A program made the position numbers and the translations under genes. From Amoebidium appalachense (taxonomy: Eukaryota > Protista > Ichthyosporea), in contig CAVNZM010000001.1 in assembly GCA_963693365.1 (NCBI GenBank), forward strand, positions 3,302,907 through 3,366,906: a stretch of DNA of 64,000 nucleotides, given 5' to 3'. Under the pieces are notes generated by a model. That model saw only the letters and a list, made by a program, of their open reading frames with translations, did not search any database and was not told where the DNA came from. Below, in pieces: positions 10,240 through 43,246 of this stretch (positions within the stretch are counted from its first letter, which is position 1; every line of letters begins with the position of its first letter).

Positions 10240-11550
10240 ATGGTGCACACAACTTCCACTCTTGGGCTCGTAGCCACCACACTTCTCATTGCTACCCGCA
10301 ACACCGACGCCCTTCCCCACAACCTCAGGAAAAGCAGTCAGCCCGCCACTGGCCTCTCCGTCTGCCCAGTAAGTTGCGTTCAGGGTGTATCTGTCGGCAA
10401 CAAGTGTGCAAACAGTCTGGCAGCCGCAGTGAGCAGTGCAAAAGACGGCGACACGATTTACGTGCACAGCAACATCAACACAGACAGTGAGATTTCCATC
10501 AGCCAAAAGTTGCTCAGTTTCTCGGGCTGTGGTGGTGCAAAGCCCACTGTTTCACTCACTGCCGACCTGCCTTATGGTGGCATCTTCCGTGTGGCAGCAC
10601 AAGACCAACAGAGCCTTTCTTTCTCAAACATAGACTTTGTGAGAGCCTCAAACTACGGGTCGTTCGTTCGCACGCCAGAGATTGGTGACGGAGAGTTCCC
10701 TGAGGACATCAGCTATGAGCAGACCGACCTGCGCATTTCCGGGTGCAGGTTTTCCAAGTTCAAGACACAGGCACGCGGTGGAGGTGCGATGTTTGTCGGT
10801 CGCACGGGCACCGTGAGCATCACCAACAGTGTGTTTGAAGAGTCCCTTGCCACCCGCCACCCCAAGAACAAGATTAGGTGGGAGTCTGGTGGTGGTGCCG
10901 TGTGGATTCGCGAAGCCACCAGTAGCATCACAATCGACGGCACAACATTCATAGGCAACAGGCACGAGTTTGAACACGGCAACGGGGGGGCTCTTTGTGT
11001 TGAAAATGTTTTCGAAGGTGCTTCGCTCACTTTCGGCTCCGGCACGACATTTGTAGACAACCGGGCACCTGGCGGTGGTGCTGTATACATTGGGTCGATG
11101 GAGGGCACAATCAGCACCCAGGCCAAGTTTGAGCACAATGCGAATATTCAGGGGTGGGGTACCCGCGGTGGCGCCATGTGGATTCAAAATACGCAGGGGG
11201 GTACCATGCAAATTGGCGGGAAATTCATCGGCAACAAAGCCATGATTGACTCGGCCGACAGTGGAAACGGCAAGGGACGGGGGGGTGCTATTGCCACAAA
11301 CATCATCCGTAACTCCAAGGTAGACGTGACGGCTGAGTTTGTTGATAACGAGTCCCTCGGGGGGGGCTCCGTGTGGGACGGGCTCTCCGGCGGGGGGGCT
11401 CTTGGTGGCTCGACCATGAAATTCCAGGGCAGCACGTTCAAAGGCAACAAGGGAGGAAACCAGTTGGCTCTGCGCATCAACCGGGCCTCTTCCGGGGTTA
11501 TTTCATTGACGGAGGCAAGAATGCAGGAGAGAGCCATCACCTTGAAGTAG
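10240..11550 (+). CDS. Secreted right-handed beta-helix protein with polymorphic-membrane-protein-like GGA(I/L/V/M) and FxxN repeats; intronless
   Basis: 436-aa ORF; signal peptide MVHTTSTLGLVATTLLIATRNTDA; SLAAAVSSAKDGDTIYV beta-helix cap; repeated GGAMF, GGAVW, GGALC, GGAVY, GGAMW, GGAIA with FIGN, FVDN, FEHN, FKGN. Confidence 0.85.
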   Translation: MVHTTSTLGLVATTLLIATRNTDALPHNLRKSSQPATGLSVCPVSCVQGVSVGNKCANSLAAAVSSAKDGDTIYVHSNINTDSEISISQKLLSFSGCGGAKPTVSLTADLPYGGIFRVAAQDQQSLSFSNIDFVRASNYGSFVRTPEIGDGEFPEDISYEQTDLRISGCRFSKFKTQARGGGAMFVGRTGTVSITNSVFEESLATRHPKNKIRWESGGGAVWIREATSSITIDGTTFIGNRHEFEHGNGGALCVENVFEGASLTFGSGTTFVDNRAPGGGAVYIGSMEGTISTQAKFEHNANIQGWGTRGGAMWIQNTQGGTMQIGGKFIGNKAMIDSADSGNGKGRGGAIATNIIRNSKVDVTAEFVDNESLGGGSVWDGLSGGGALGGSTMKFQGSTFKGNKGGNQLALRINRASSGVISLTEARMQERAITLK

Positions 11551-12139
11551 AAGATCTAATAAGATATACGTACTGCGCTGGCTGTAACTATTCTGGATAT
11601 ACCTATTTATATAACTTGAAAGTTTTGATAGGTTGAATGAATGACGTGCAGAGATTATGGTGATCATGAATAAACCTTCTCTTTGGACAACGTGGAATGT
11701 TGGATGAAAAGTAGCTTCATTCAGTTGATCATAAACGTAAAATATGGCCTGGTTGCCATGCCTAAAATAAAACAAACAATTGTGTGTATCCAACCAATAA
11801 CACCATATAGCTCCTATGCCTCGCTTGAGCTCGTACAACTCGTACTTTTGCACACATGCACATATACACGCGCACACAAACACACACGGATACACTCGCA
11901 AACTTGCCAGTGGCCATACGTACGACCACAACTGATCGCCTGACGTCTGCATGCGCATGCCTTGACGCAGGCAGCAGTTAAGGCACACAAGCATAACTGT
12001 AGATATTATCATATCATAAAAATAGTAATCATTGATTAGAAGAATTGATAATGGAAGGGAGATCGAAATGCACGAGGACGTATTAGGGTTTGTGAGACAC
12101 AGGGGCGCCGGGCGGCCGGGCGGGTGGGCGGGCGGGCAG

Positions 12140-12174
<35 letters not shown>

Positions 12175-12396
12175 GGGGGGGGGGGGGGGAGGGGGAGGGG
12201 GGCAGGGGGGGGTGACCACGAACATCACATAGAAAGGTAACATGGACTTGCAGCCGAGAAAGGAGCATACCCTGCACATGCATGTGTGTGCACATTTCTT
12301 CCTGTCTGGTGTGGAAGACCAAGGCAAGATTGTGTGTGTATACGGGTTTTGTGTGTGAGGGTGGGTGCGCGTGTTTCTATTGCACACCGTCAGCAC

Positions 12397-12455
<59 letters not shown>

Positions 12456-12847
12456 ACAAGCTCCCCCCCACACGCACAAAACCCATGCCGTGCCACTCAG
12501 ACACACACACATGCACGCGCACACACACACACACACACAGAAACTTTAAACACACACATACACACACACACACATGCATGCATGAGTCAGGCATACGCAC
12601 ACGCACACGCACACACACACGCACACACACACACTTGCACGCGTGCACACGCACGCACACTCGTGTCACACACAATGTCATGGTGGCTCACCCATCTCAG
12701 TAACAGCTTGGCAATAGTTCTTCTACATCACGATTGTGCATCATTAGCAACCTGCCTGCTCAATTTAGGATGTACAATGTCATCTGCAGATCTGTGTGTG
12801 TGGTTGTTGGCTATGGCAATGGTTTGTCGACTCGGAGAAACACGGGG

Positions 12848-12887
<40 letters not shown>

Positions 12888-13368
12888 AATGCATGTGCTA
12901 ACTGTTCTCGTAAATGATTTCGTGCGTGTGAGATCTTTTTTGATGACATCATATCAATCTGGCCCGAAGAGAATTGAAAGCGTGGCTAAACATTGTGTAA
13001 CTTTATTCATCAGGGCATAACCACGAACCAAAGATACCATGCATGAAACCAGCATGCACCGAGAGGAACAGAGAGACAACAAACGCAAAACATGAAATGC
13101 TATGAGTTAAGGCATGTACACTCTATCTGATCCGATTGCATCTAACGCTAAATAGCCATATCTTTAGATCTTTTTTTTAATTTTTTTTTTTTTTTTAAGA
13201 TCCGTAAGATGGTGGTTGTGATAGGCATATCTAATATTCGTCGTCTGAACATATTAGGTACATTGCTGTCCATCCCCACCAACAAATAAACCGCTACACC
13301 AACAACATATTTCATATCTGCACAAACGAACCAAATGGGGCTAAACCCCGGCCCACCAATCATCTCCC

Positions 13369-33527
<20,159 letters not shown>

Positions 33528-35203
33528 TTTTCCAACTCGCTCTTGACTGCGGTTAGATGAAGATGCACGACCGAATAGTTTACACTTTGTACAGAGTCCA
33601 GAAAGAAAGCCACTAGCTTGCAGTTCCCTGTCCCCTTGAGGCTTTCTTATAGCAAAACCTAAGGGCGGTCCAAGAAGGGAGGGAGGAAAGAACAGACAAA
33701 ACTAAAAACATGACCGCGAGCTATTCTCCAAGGCTTTGTACCCGCTGGCTTACGTACGTGGCCGGGGCGACCTACGACGCTGCGGCCGGGGTACTTCTGG
33801 CTGTAATGACCAATCAAATCGCTCAATATGTAATGACGAATCGGAATGCTCAAAAGTTTAAAGCAAATTTTCATTCTTATTTAATTAAAAAGCCTGGGCA
33901 GGCGGATCATGTCTTATCTTTACAATAGGCTGGGCTTACGTCATTTTAAACCAATCACCGCTTGTAAATCTAGATCCGATTACGCGCGATCAAATTCTGT
34001 CTAGTGACTGTCGCTGCGGGTATGTTTTGTATAGGCCGCAGGGAGACAGCATTCAAAGTGACTAGCCGCGAGCGCTCAAGACTAAAAGAATTTTGATGAT
34101 GTCACAAGTTCGCGCCAAAAACTTTTGAGCGGCCATTTGCGGTGAAGCCAAAGCTTCTATTTCAATAACTTAACTGGCTACTTTAAATATCTTACAGCAG
34201 TTAAAACTATAAGTTGCTCCTGTCACATGTAGGATCATGAATTAGGTAGGCCGCTTTGTGCATGAGTCTCTTTCTCCACTACAAGTGTGTCCGCCAGCAG
34301 GTGACTCTAGAGTCGAGTGCTGTTTTCCAGACGCTGGTCACTGGTGGTCACCATGGGAGGTCATGGCGGACACATATCCATCACTGGAACACAAACACGG
34401 ACACAGTTACTGGTTTCGATATGCAGGAGCTGCCGGCAGGAGTACATGGGTAAACACATGACCGATTTACTCCTCCCGTTGTGCTCTTACGGCTAGACAG
34501 AGATCTAGACTCGGAGAACAAGCCTATCAGCCATGTTCACAAATACACAGGTGCAAACTTTGTTGGCACGTTGATTACCACACCCTTGTGAGCCTCACTT
34601 TTCGGACTCAGCTAATCGCAGTCATGTGTGCATACTGGGTGTTTTAGTGTGCTCTGTGAAATACTTATATATGCGAACCAGTGCACCAACGACGGACGAG
34701 CACACATGGGGGAAAGCAGCTCTGCTGACTTTCTTCGTTTGCTTTTGCTATAGCAGCACTCCATGTACATAACTATTTTCAGAAGGCTTAGTTAGTTTCA
34801 GAACCGAAGGTACAGCAATACTCGTATCAAAACGCTGTTTCTCAACGATCAACGCCCCTCCGCCCCGTACCTCCTCCCTCCCCCCCTGCCCCCCCCCCCT
34901 TCCCCCCACACCCGCCCACCCACCCACCTACTCATGGTGACCACCATCAGCCCACACAGCTTCGGAGATACGTTCACTTGAAACACTTTTCTACAACGCA
35001 TGCGCAGGCCACTGTACATGTGATGTACTGCACATAATTATAACCCGCTGGGGTGTTCCACCCCCTCCAACCCCGTCCCCGTTCTTTCCTCTCCCTCCCC
35101 CCCCCCCCCCCTCCCTCCCTCCCTCCCTCAATCGCCCCTCAAAAAAGAAAAGAAAAACCTGCACTAAATCACGCTATACTTGAAACTACTCTGCACACAT
35201 CGT

Positions 35204-35704
35204 TCAGTTGTCTTCATCTGTCTTCTGCTTCTTGTGTGCCGGCTCTTCCTCCTCCCCACCTTCCTCCTCCTCTCCGCAGCTGATCATCCACAGCACACCA
35301 AACTTATCAGTGAACTGGGCAAACTTTCCGCCCCAGAACGTTGGTTTGTATGGCACCTCGACCTCCCCTCCCTCGGACAGTTTCTCGAATATCCTTGCAG
35401 CATCAGCATCCTTGGGGATGTTTAGCGACATGGCCGAAAAAACGGTTCCTCTGGTAGGTTTTGCATCTTTTGGAAGAGAGAGAGTGTCTGAGGCCAAGAT
35501 GGTTATTCCTCCTGCCTTCATCACACAGTGCATAATCTTATCTTCGTTGCCCTTGCCTGCATGTTCTTCCATAGGGCTACCCCGGAAACGCCTGAACTCA
35601 GGAGGGTCGGCCCCGAATATGGGAACGTAAAAGTTGATTGCTTCTTCGCAGGTACCCGGAAAGAAAATGTAGGGCTGAACCTCAGACTTTGCAGACGAAG
35701 ACAT
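35204..35704 (-). CDS. PhnB-like VOC/glyoxalase superfamily protein; intronless
   Basis: 166 aa; VQPYIFFPGTCEEAINFY..IFG, DKIMHCVM, ILASD, IFEKLSEGGEV..PYKPTFWGGKFAQFTDKFGVLWMIS match the PhnB family pattern. Confidence 0.92.
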   Translation of the reverse strand: MSSSAKSEVQPYIFFPGTCEEAINFYVPIFGADPPEFRRFRGSPMEEHAGKGNEDKIMHCVMKAGGITILASDTLSLPKDAKPTRGTVFSAMSLNIPKDADAARIFEKLSEGGEVEVPYKPTFWGGKFAQFTDKFGVLWMISCGEEEEGGEEEEPAHKKQKTDEDN

Positions 35705-35810
35705 GTTGATAGTAGGCGCTCAAGGCAAACTCTTCGTGAACAACATACAAAAAAGAACAATGGTGCCGTGACCCCTTTCATTTTGGTTTTTTTGTGCTTT
35801 ATGAAGCCGC

Positions 35811-35864
35811 TGCCAAAGGCTTGCCAAAGGCTTGCCAAAGGCTTGTCAAAGGCTTGCCAAAAGC
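35811..35864. repeat. 11-bp tandem repeat (TTGCCAAAGGC) x5 upstream of the PhnB-like gene
   Basis: Directly visible, ~105-160 bp upstream of the ATG at 35704. Confidence 0.9.
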
Positions 35865-36067
35865 TCGCCGTGTGCTACATAACCATGGCAAGTCTATAAA
35901 AAATCGCATCCAATAGGAGTATCCGCTTGGTAGAGCGCCGCGCTATATGATGGCATGTCGGGGGCAAACGTTTGTCATGAACAAAGTTTTTGTTGTGTGT
36001 GGACCGGCTTGTGAATGCTCGCGTGCTCCACCGCCCGGGGAAGAGGCAGAGGTGTTGGGGGAGGGGT

Positions 36068-36102
<35 letters not shown>

Positions 36103-36183
36103 TTAGAGGAGACTCATTGCAGTGTGTGTGTGTGTGTGTGCATGTTTTTTTTTTGTTTTTTGTTTTTTTTGTTTTTTTTTTGT

Positions 36184-36239
<56 letters not shown>

Positions 36240-36257
36240 GGGGTCCGGATCCGTTTA

Positions 36258-36690
36258 GGGCGTGTTTGGCAGCCGAAAATAATCGTACTCGTGTCATTTT
36301 GCGAAAAGACGAATAATCGTGTTCACAAAATTATTTTGTGGTATGCGTCTTTAGGGGTGAATGATACGATTATGGCGTACCAAACACGCCTTTCTTTATT
36401 TGCAAACACGCTCCCGATTCGACATCGACACAAATCTCGATACGACAAAAGAATGCGAAATATCATCTTTCGTACTGTACGATTTCATTAGTAGTTGGTT
36501 GACCAATCGTAAATTAGAATAGCTAAAAGCGATCCGATTGGCTAAAAGTTATGATGTCCAACGTCTTTATCGTGTCCGGAAACTAAAGGTGTGGCGTGTT
36601 TGGCATGACACATTTTCGGAATCGTGTCATTATTACGCGGAAAGACGAATACGATAAAGACACGATATAACTGCGCTGCCAAACACGCCC
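36258..36690. mobile_element. PIF/Harbinger (Tourist-like) MITE, 433 bp
   Basis: Perfect 16-bp TIRs GGGCGTGTTTGGCAGC / GCTGCCAAACACGCCC; TTA on the left and TTT(A) on the right; AT-rich non-coding interior with subterminal repeats CGTGTCATT and AAAGACGAATA. Confidence 0.85.
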
Positions 36691-36772
36691 TTTACTTTCC
36701 TTTTTTTACCTCCCCCACCCTCCACCACCACTCCCAACGGACCCCTCCGCCCCTCCCCCTCCCCCTCTCCCC

Positions 36773-36815
<43 letters not shown>

Positions 36816-38619
36816 AGGCTCCCCCCCCCCCCCCCCCCCCCCGACCCCTCCCCTACCCCCCACCCTCCCCGCTACCCCCGCCTTAAATAAAAAAAAAAAA
36901 AATGAAGAAAAAAAAATTCGTATCGGAAATCCCCCTGCTCACTGCTGACTGTAGTATGATTGTATGTAGGAGACTAAAGAGCTATAGTATACAGCTACGT
37001 ATACAACGGTCCGCTCCAGGGTTAATACGGCTATTACATATCAATATGTTGCAGCTCGCATTAACACCGTGGCCACGGCCATATAGAAACACCGTGCTGC
37101 AGAGCTGTACATGTGCTGCCCTGTAGAGACGCATATGTGACAGCATTGAATGCACTTCAAACACACTTGAAACCGTAGTAACGGTACAGCCCCACGTACC
37201 ACACCACACACGAACCTCCACGTGCACCCGGTCATGATCACGATGTCACACAGATCCACATAGTGGCATACAGTTACCGTGGGACTCTAATTTCACACGG
37301 TAGTGATCAGTAGCCTACATCACATGTACAGGCGTGTCCGAGTTATTATGCTTTGCAATTGGTGTGTGTGTGTGCAACATTATTCGAACTTCAAGGCTAC
37401 ATACTCTTCTTCGAATTTGTGGTCGTGGGGCCTGTACCAATAAGGCCAAAGAGCCTAGCCTGAGTGTTGACTTTGGACCTAATTGCCGGTATTGATCTCT
37501 AATATAAACGAATACAAGACTCTTGTCGCCTATAATTCTGAGCTACACCGGTACATGTGTCAAGGTGACACGTGACACGTCAGCTGCAACGGCACATATA
37601 TATATGCACACTGTGTAACAGCCAGCCGGTATCGGTGGCCACTCAGCACTGTTCCCACAAATGACACGATACCGATATCAGTCTGTTCGGATTGGACAAA
37701 CTTTCGCAAAAACACTGTTTCGTGGCAGCTTACACAATGAATCTGGTGGGTAGCAAGTGCTGATGTCCATTAACGTGTGGCAGATACTAAGACAATGCAC
37801 CAAATAGAAACGGAAAACGGAGGAGGAAAGAGACTGTACATAACATGAAGCCAACTTGAAGGCAGATCAACAGACTTTTGTCGAGACCTGGACACAACTG
37901 CTTGCTGTACTGGTAGTTCCTGCTTGGTGGCACGTATTTATACCATTTACACACCAAACGTTTTTTTCGCTCGAAGGAGTTTAGTGAAAGATTTCTTATT
38001 CGGCAATACGAGGCTTTCCCGGTTCTGTGGTTCAAGGTTTACAAAGCAACACACGGTGGGTTTGCCAGCAAAAGTTCTTGCACAGTTTCTTTGTGTGCCA
38101 GAACTTCCAAGTGCATACTGAGTGCATGTGCCTGTGTGTGTGCATTTGCCTGTGTGTGCATGTGTGTATGATCGTGCGCGCACGCGTGGCGGGTAGTAAA
38201 CTTTCGTTACTAAAGTCTTCCGAAACGGCGTCTCTCTCTCCGACGGCTGCGCCTTGCAATTATTTGGGAAAAATTCAAGTAGGTTTGTCCTTTTGCGTCT
38301 TCTTTTTTCTTTTCCTTGAGCTAAGTCAAACCTGGTGTACTGTAACATAGGTTGCCCCCTCCCCCCTCCCCCCTTCCCCCCCTCCCCGTGTTGTTCAAAA
38401 AAAAATTGAAAATTTGACGAAACTTTCAATATATTGCACCCATAAAACTATGTTGTGGAGGGCCGGCTGTGACTATTATGTAGGAGCTGTTTCTCAAGGA
38501 TCATACGGTGCGCACGTGATATGAAGTCACGGTTTTTGTTTGTTTCCTTTTGGGGTGGGAGGGGAGGGATGGGGGGGAGGGGGGGGGAGGGGGGATAGTA
38601 AACTGGTGAAAATCTCGGG

Positions 38620-38694
<75 letters not shown>

Positions 38695-39288
38695 GGGGGG
38701 GGAGTGTGGTGGGGATAGTGCAAGGGATATTCTTTTAGTTTTGGATGTGTGTTTGTCTGGGACCATATAAATTTTGGAATTCTAAGGCTTATATCATGGA
38801 CATGTTATGATAACCCCGATGGTGTTTGGGAAATACATAGAAGTGGCCGAGTGGTGACATGGTGTACCACCCTCAAAAACAGAATGAATAAAGGGCGCAC
38901 AGATGCATCCCTCCCCCCCCTTGCCCCCTCCCCGCCCCAACCACCACCACCACTACCACTACCGCACCCAACCACGCACCTACCCAGCCACCCACCCGCC
39001 CCCTTTATCCCTCCTCCCTCGGCACACCCCCCCCCCCCCCCCCCCCCTTCCCCCGTCCCCCCTCCCCGTTCCTCATTCCCTATTCTTCCCTATATCCACC
39101 GGAGGGACTCCTCGCCGTGATATCCTATTCCCCTTTCAGGATGCCTTAGACCTAGCCCTCACGCCCTCGATTCTTTTTTTAACTCCAATTAATGTCTTAA
39201 AAAGTGGGTTGAAGGTGTCTAACCTATGAAACCCCCAGGTTAGCGCCTTGGCCAACACTTTTTAAGTTTTCCCTATTAGGCTGCCAAC

Positions 39289-39429
39289 ATGTCGCATCTG
39301 TTTCTCCGTGGGGGCTTTTCGGTCCCGGCAGTGGGGTCGCGGTTGCTATCTTTGAGATCACAGCACCCACCTGGCTTCTGCAACCTCAAGCGCACATACT
39401 CTACTACTGGCTCAGAGGTAACGGTTGTT

Positions 39430-39464
<35 letters not shown>

Positions 39465-40617
39465 CACACACAAACACACACACCCAAACACACACACACA
39501 CACAAACACACACATACAAGAAAACATCCCACCTCTCCCCAGTCAGCTACCTTAATAAGACCTGGTTTAGAATCTCCTCCTCCCCCCTCCCCCCACACCT
39601 CCCGACCACCACCACCTCCTCCTCCTCCTCCTCCTCCGCCCCCCCTCCCCTCCCTCCCCCTTTTGTTTTTCGGATTACTTTGGAGTTTTGGTAATACTCC
39701 GAAAACTAGTAAGGTGTTTGCCCGTTTCCACTCCATAGTGATACCTTAAACGTGAATCATTCGGAACTATTATGCTGAATTATATTCAAAAGTTTAGGTA
39801 AAGAATAAAATACCCGACACACACCTTCTACATCGAATATCTATATATCTAACATATGTCACAATAGATCTCAGCATGCAAGTTGAACCATCTAATATCC
39901 TTACCTATCCAATCCAAATCCAAAACAGCACACGGGGGGGGAAACATACCCCGATAAGCGTGAGGGTCAAGATGCCATTCTTGAAGCAGTGCAGCGGGGA
40001 GCCACCAAGCAACACCCAGAGACCAACTCCGAGGAACATGCATCTGGCTCCTTCCACAAGAGCGTCCCTGGCAACCACGTGAGCGGAGAGCCCTCCGGGT
40101 CGGGTCTGCCCAAACACAGGTATTGTTCTCCTTCCTCCGCCTCCCCCCCCCCCCCCCCCTCCCCCCCTCAGCCCCTCCCAGCCACTCCCCCGAGTCACCC
40201 TCTCCCATTCCCCGTCTCTTCCCCCCTCCCTGCCCTTACAATAACACTTACTGCAGTGACTCTTGACACTTTTCATCCTGCCCTCCCATCCTCCTCACTC
40301 CCAACCAACCCCCCCCCCCCCCCCTCCCCAATCCGTCCTCCCCGCCACACACGACACACACGACACATCCGCACATACCACAGCATGTCTTGCTACAGGC
40401 TCGTTGATTGCCCCTTTACTCGTGGTGACCCTGGCCTTCCTTTTTCACCGTTTCCTCCTTTTCCTTCCACTTCCCTAGTCCCCCCCCCCCCCCCCCCAAA
40501 TACACCACCACCACCACCGCCATCATCCCCCCCCCCCCCCCCCCCCCCCCCCCAAAAAAAATACTATCTTTTCGTTGCCCTCCCCTTCCCCTTACCCCAA
40601 CCCTACCCCTCCTAACC

Positions 40618-40648
<31 letters not shown>

Positions 40649-42206
40649 AAAAAAAAAAAAAAGAAAGAAAGAAAAAAAAATACAACTTCGAAAAAAGAAG
40701 TTTTACCTTGCTCCCCCCCCTCCCCCCTCCCCTCCCCATCACCTAGCCACATCACCACCACTGAAAGACGGCGATTCTCTAACCACACACTACCTCCCCA
40801 GGTATGCCAGCAACAAGGAGAGGATGAATCTGGAGGGCGGCACAAAGTACTACGACCCTGCTGCAGGCCAGGTCTCCACGCCCCCACCCAGCCTACCATC
40901 CCACCTCTCTCCCTCCCTGCCCCCTTTTCCGTCCCCCCGCTTCTTTCCAAAAAGTATGCTTCCCCTCCTCTCCCTCCCCTCTCGCCTTCTAATACCGTTC
41001 CCAGCCTTACCTGATCATTTACACCCCCCGCGCCCTCCCCCCCCCCCCCCCCCCCCCTGCGCCACCGCAAATGCCCTACTTTACAGGAGACTTCTTCCCT
41101 TTTTCCCTCCTTCCCTGGTTTTACTGATTTTGCGCTGTGCTGCGTCCTCCAAATCGCAAACCCCCCCCCCTCCCCCTACCTCTCCTCCTCCCTCCTCCTT
41201 CTCCCCATTTCTTCTTTGTTCCAAAAACCACCCATGAATACCCCTCTTCGCATCCCCCTCCCTTTTTTTACTGTCACGTGTCCCATACCCCCCCCCCCCC
41301 CCCCCCCCCCAACCCCTGCCTTGTCGTTGTCGACTATGCTTCTGCATACGCTGTTTTTGTCCTGCAAGGGTGACCCAAGTTGCTTACCCAGATCCGCACA
41401 TGTTCACGTGCCTGTGTGTTTGTGCCTGTGTGTTTGTGTGTTCCTGTGGGCATGTGTGTGCAGACCCATGCACGTGCTTGTGTTGCTATAGAGGGTTGCG
41501 ATAGTACTACGGCATCTCACAGGCAGCCCTCTTTCCTTATAAGGGGTGCCGCAAACAATGTGCCGCAGAGTAAATGTGGAACACACCAATGTGCAAGGGG
41601 GGAGATGGCTGTGTTGTAACCTGTCTCCGTGCGCACATGTGCACATGTACATGCGTTGCCGGGATATGCATTGCTTTTAAGTTTGCAAGTGGGAGCGTGT
41701 GTTTGCACATACGAGCGAGTTCTTGGAGTTCAGGTTATTTTTTTTCCTATTTAATCTTTTTTTTTTTTTTTTTTTTTGGGGGGGGGGGGGGGGGGGGAGG
41801 GAGGGGTTGAGGCCGGTAGCAGCCTATCTTTGCAGAGTAATTCAAATTGATGAGATGTAAGGAAGGCGCAGGAGCCCTACCCGGGGGACGGGGGGGGGGG
41901 GGGGAAGGACAGTGTGGCAAGGAGTTGTGCCATATTTGAGGGATCGATAGGTGCATGCCGGTTTGAAATCATTTGCTGCCTTTGTGCAAACCTATTCTTT
42001 TCGAGGAGAGACAATTTTGGAGACTCACTTGCTCCGTGGATAGCCGTTGACTTTCGTGATTTTGATCCAATCAGATTGCCGACTATGAGAACACGGCGCC
42101 CTCCCCAGGGGATGCCGCACGTGAGGTGGTGCAAAAGTTGCGGGAGATGGCTGGTGACGTGAAGAAAGCGGCAAAGGAGACGCTTGGGACCGGGGAGGAG
42201 GTCTGA
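39289..42206 (+). CDS. Hypothetical ~151-aa hydrophilic protein with mitochondrial presequence (LEA/hydrophilin-like), 4 exons
   Basis: Exons 39289-39417, 39995-40119, 40802-40871, 42075-42206 are phase-compatible GT-AG; N-terminus R/S/L-rich without acidic residues ending KRTY-ST; C-terminus AAREVVQKLREMAGDVKKAAKETLG amphipathic. The third donor (GTCTCC) is weak. Confidence 0.6.
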
Positions 42207-42824
42207 TACCGGATTGTTTTGGGCATGATTTTTGGTTTCTAATTTTTAGTGTTTGTTGTTTTTATCGCCATTGCTCCTTGTGATATCCGTGATGCTGTTG
42301 TGGCGGTGTGAGAACGGTCATGGGTTTTTTGTCATCATGCATACGACTTTGGTTCAATTTATATTTCATTCAACGATTCGAGGAGGTATTAAGGTTCCCT
42401 TAAACGTTTATCCCGGTCACTTTGAAATGTCGGTCAACTGATTCAATCATTGAAATCACCACTCTGGGCATGCATGAAAGCAAGCAATGTTCTTTGTTGG
42501 ATCATGCAAACACCCGTAGCGTCTCGAAATATTTTTTACAATCCGAGTTGTGCGTTGCTCCACGCACGCTATAGTATGGTTCAATATGATTGGATGGTGG
42601 GCCGGGCCTCCAACACTTGAAAGAAAAATGATATTGACTGCCCCGTAGTATATTTTAATGTTAGTTATCCCTCCCTCCCCCCCTTCCCAGCGCGCACGCG
42701 CGCGTGTGTACACGTGTGTGTGCGTGTGCGTGTGCGTGTGTGCGTGCGTGCGTGCGTGTGTGTGTGTGTGTCTGTGTGTGTGCGCATGCGCACGTGAGTA
42801 CGTATATGCGGGCGGAGTGGAGGG

Positions 42825-42855
<31 letters not shown>

Positions 42856-43050
42856 TTTTACATAGTCAGCTATCAGCTACAGAAATGGACGTTGTGAACA
42901 ACCGCAAATATCAATTTGGCCTTGGGACTCAGAGAGGTAATACTAAGGTGTACCACCTGTGTGGCAGAAGCCTCAGGGGTGGGGTTGAAAGTGCTGAAAA
43001 AAAAGGGTAGAGGGTGTCAGGGGGGAAGAGGGGGGGGGGGGGGGGGGGGG

Positions 43051-43246
43051 GAAGTACGCATACACGAAGGACACATGCAAAGGCAAACATTCAATTATGC
43101 AACATCAGCCATGCGCACAGTATGCGTCATAAGCAGAGCCCACCTCAGGGAGGGCCCAAGTCATCAATTGCGTCTTGAGTTTCGACCCCTTAGCCCGCGT
43201 ATATACGAATCTCCAACTCAATCAGCAGCATCAACTGAACCTTGGG
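43051..43246 (-). repeat. Partial subtype A copy of the structured repeat
   Basis: Near-identical to 26662-26856; flanked by G runs on both sides. Confidence 0.9.
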
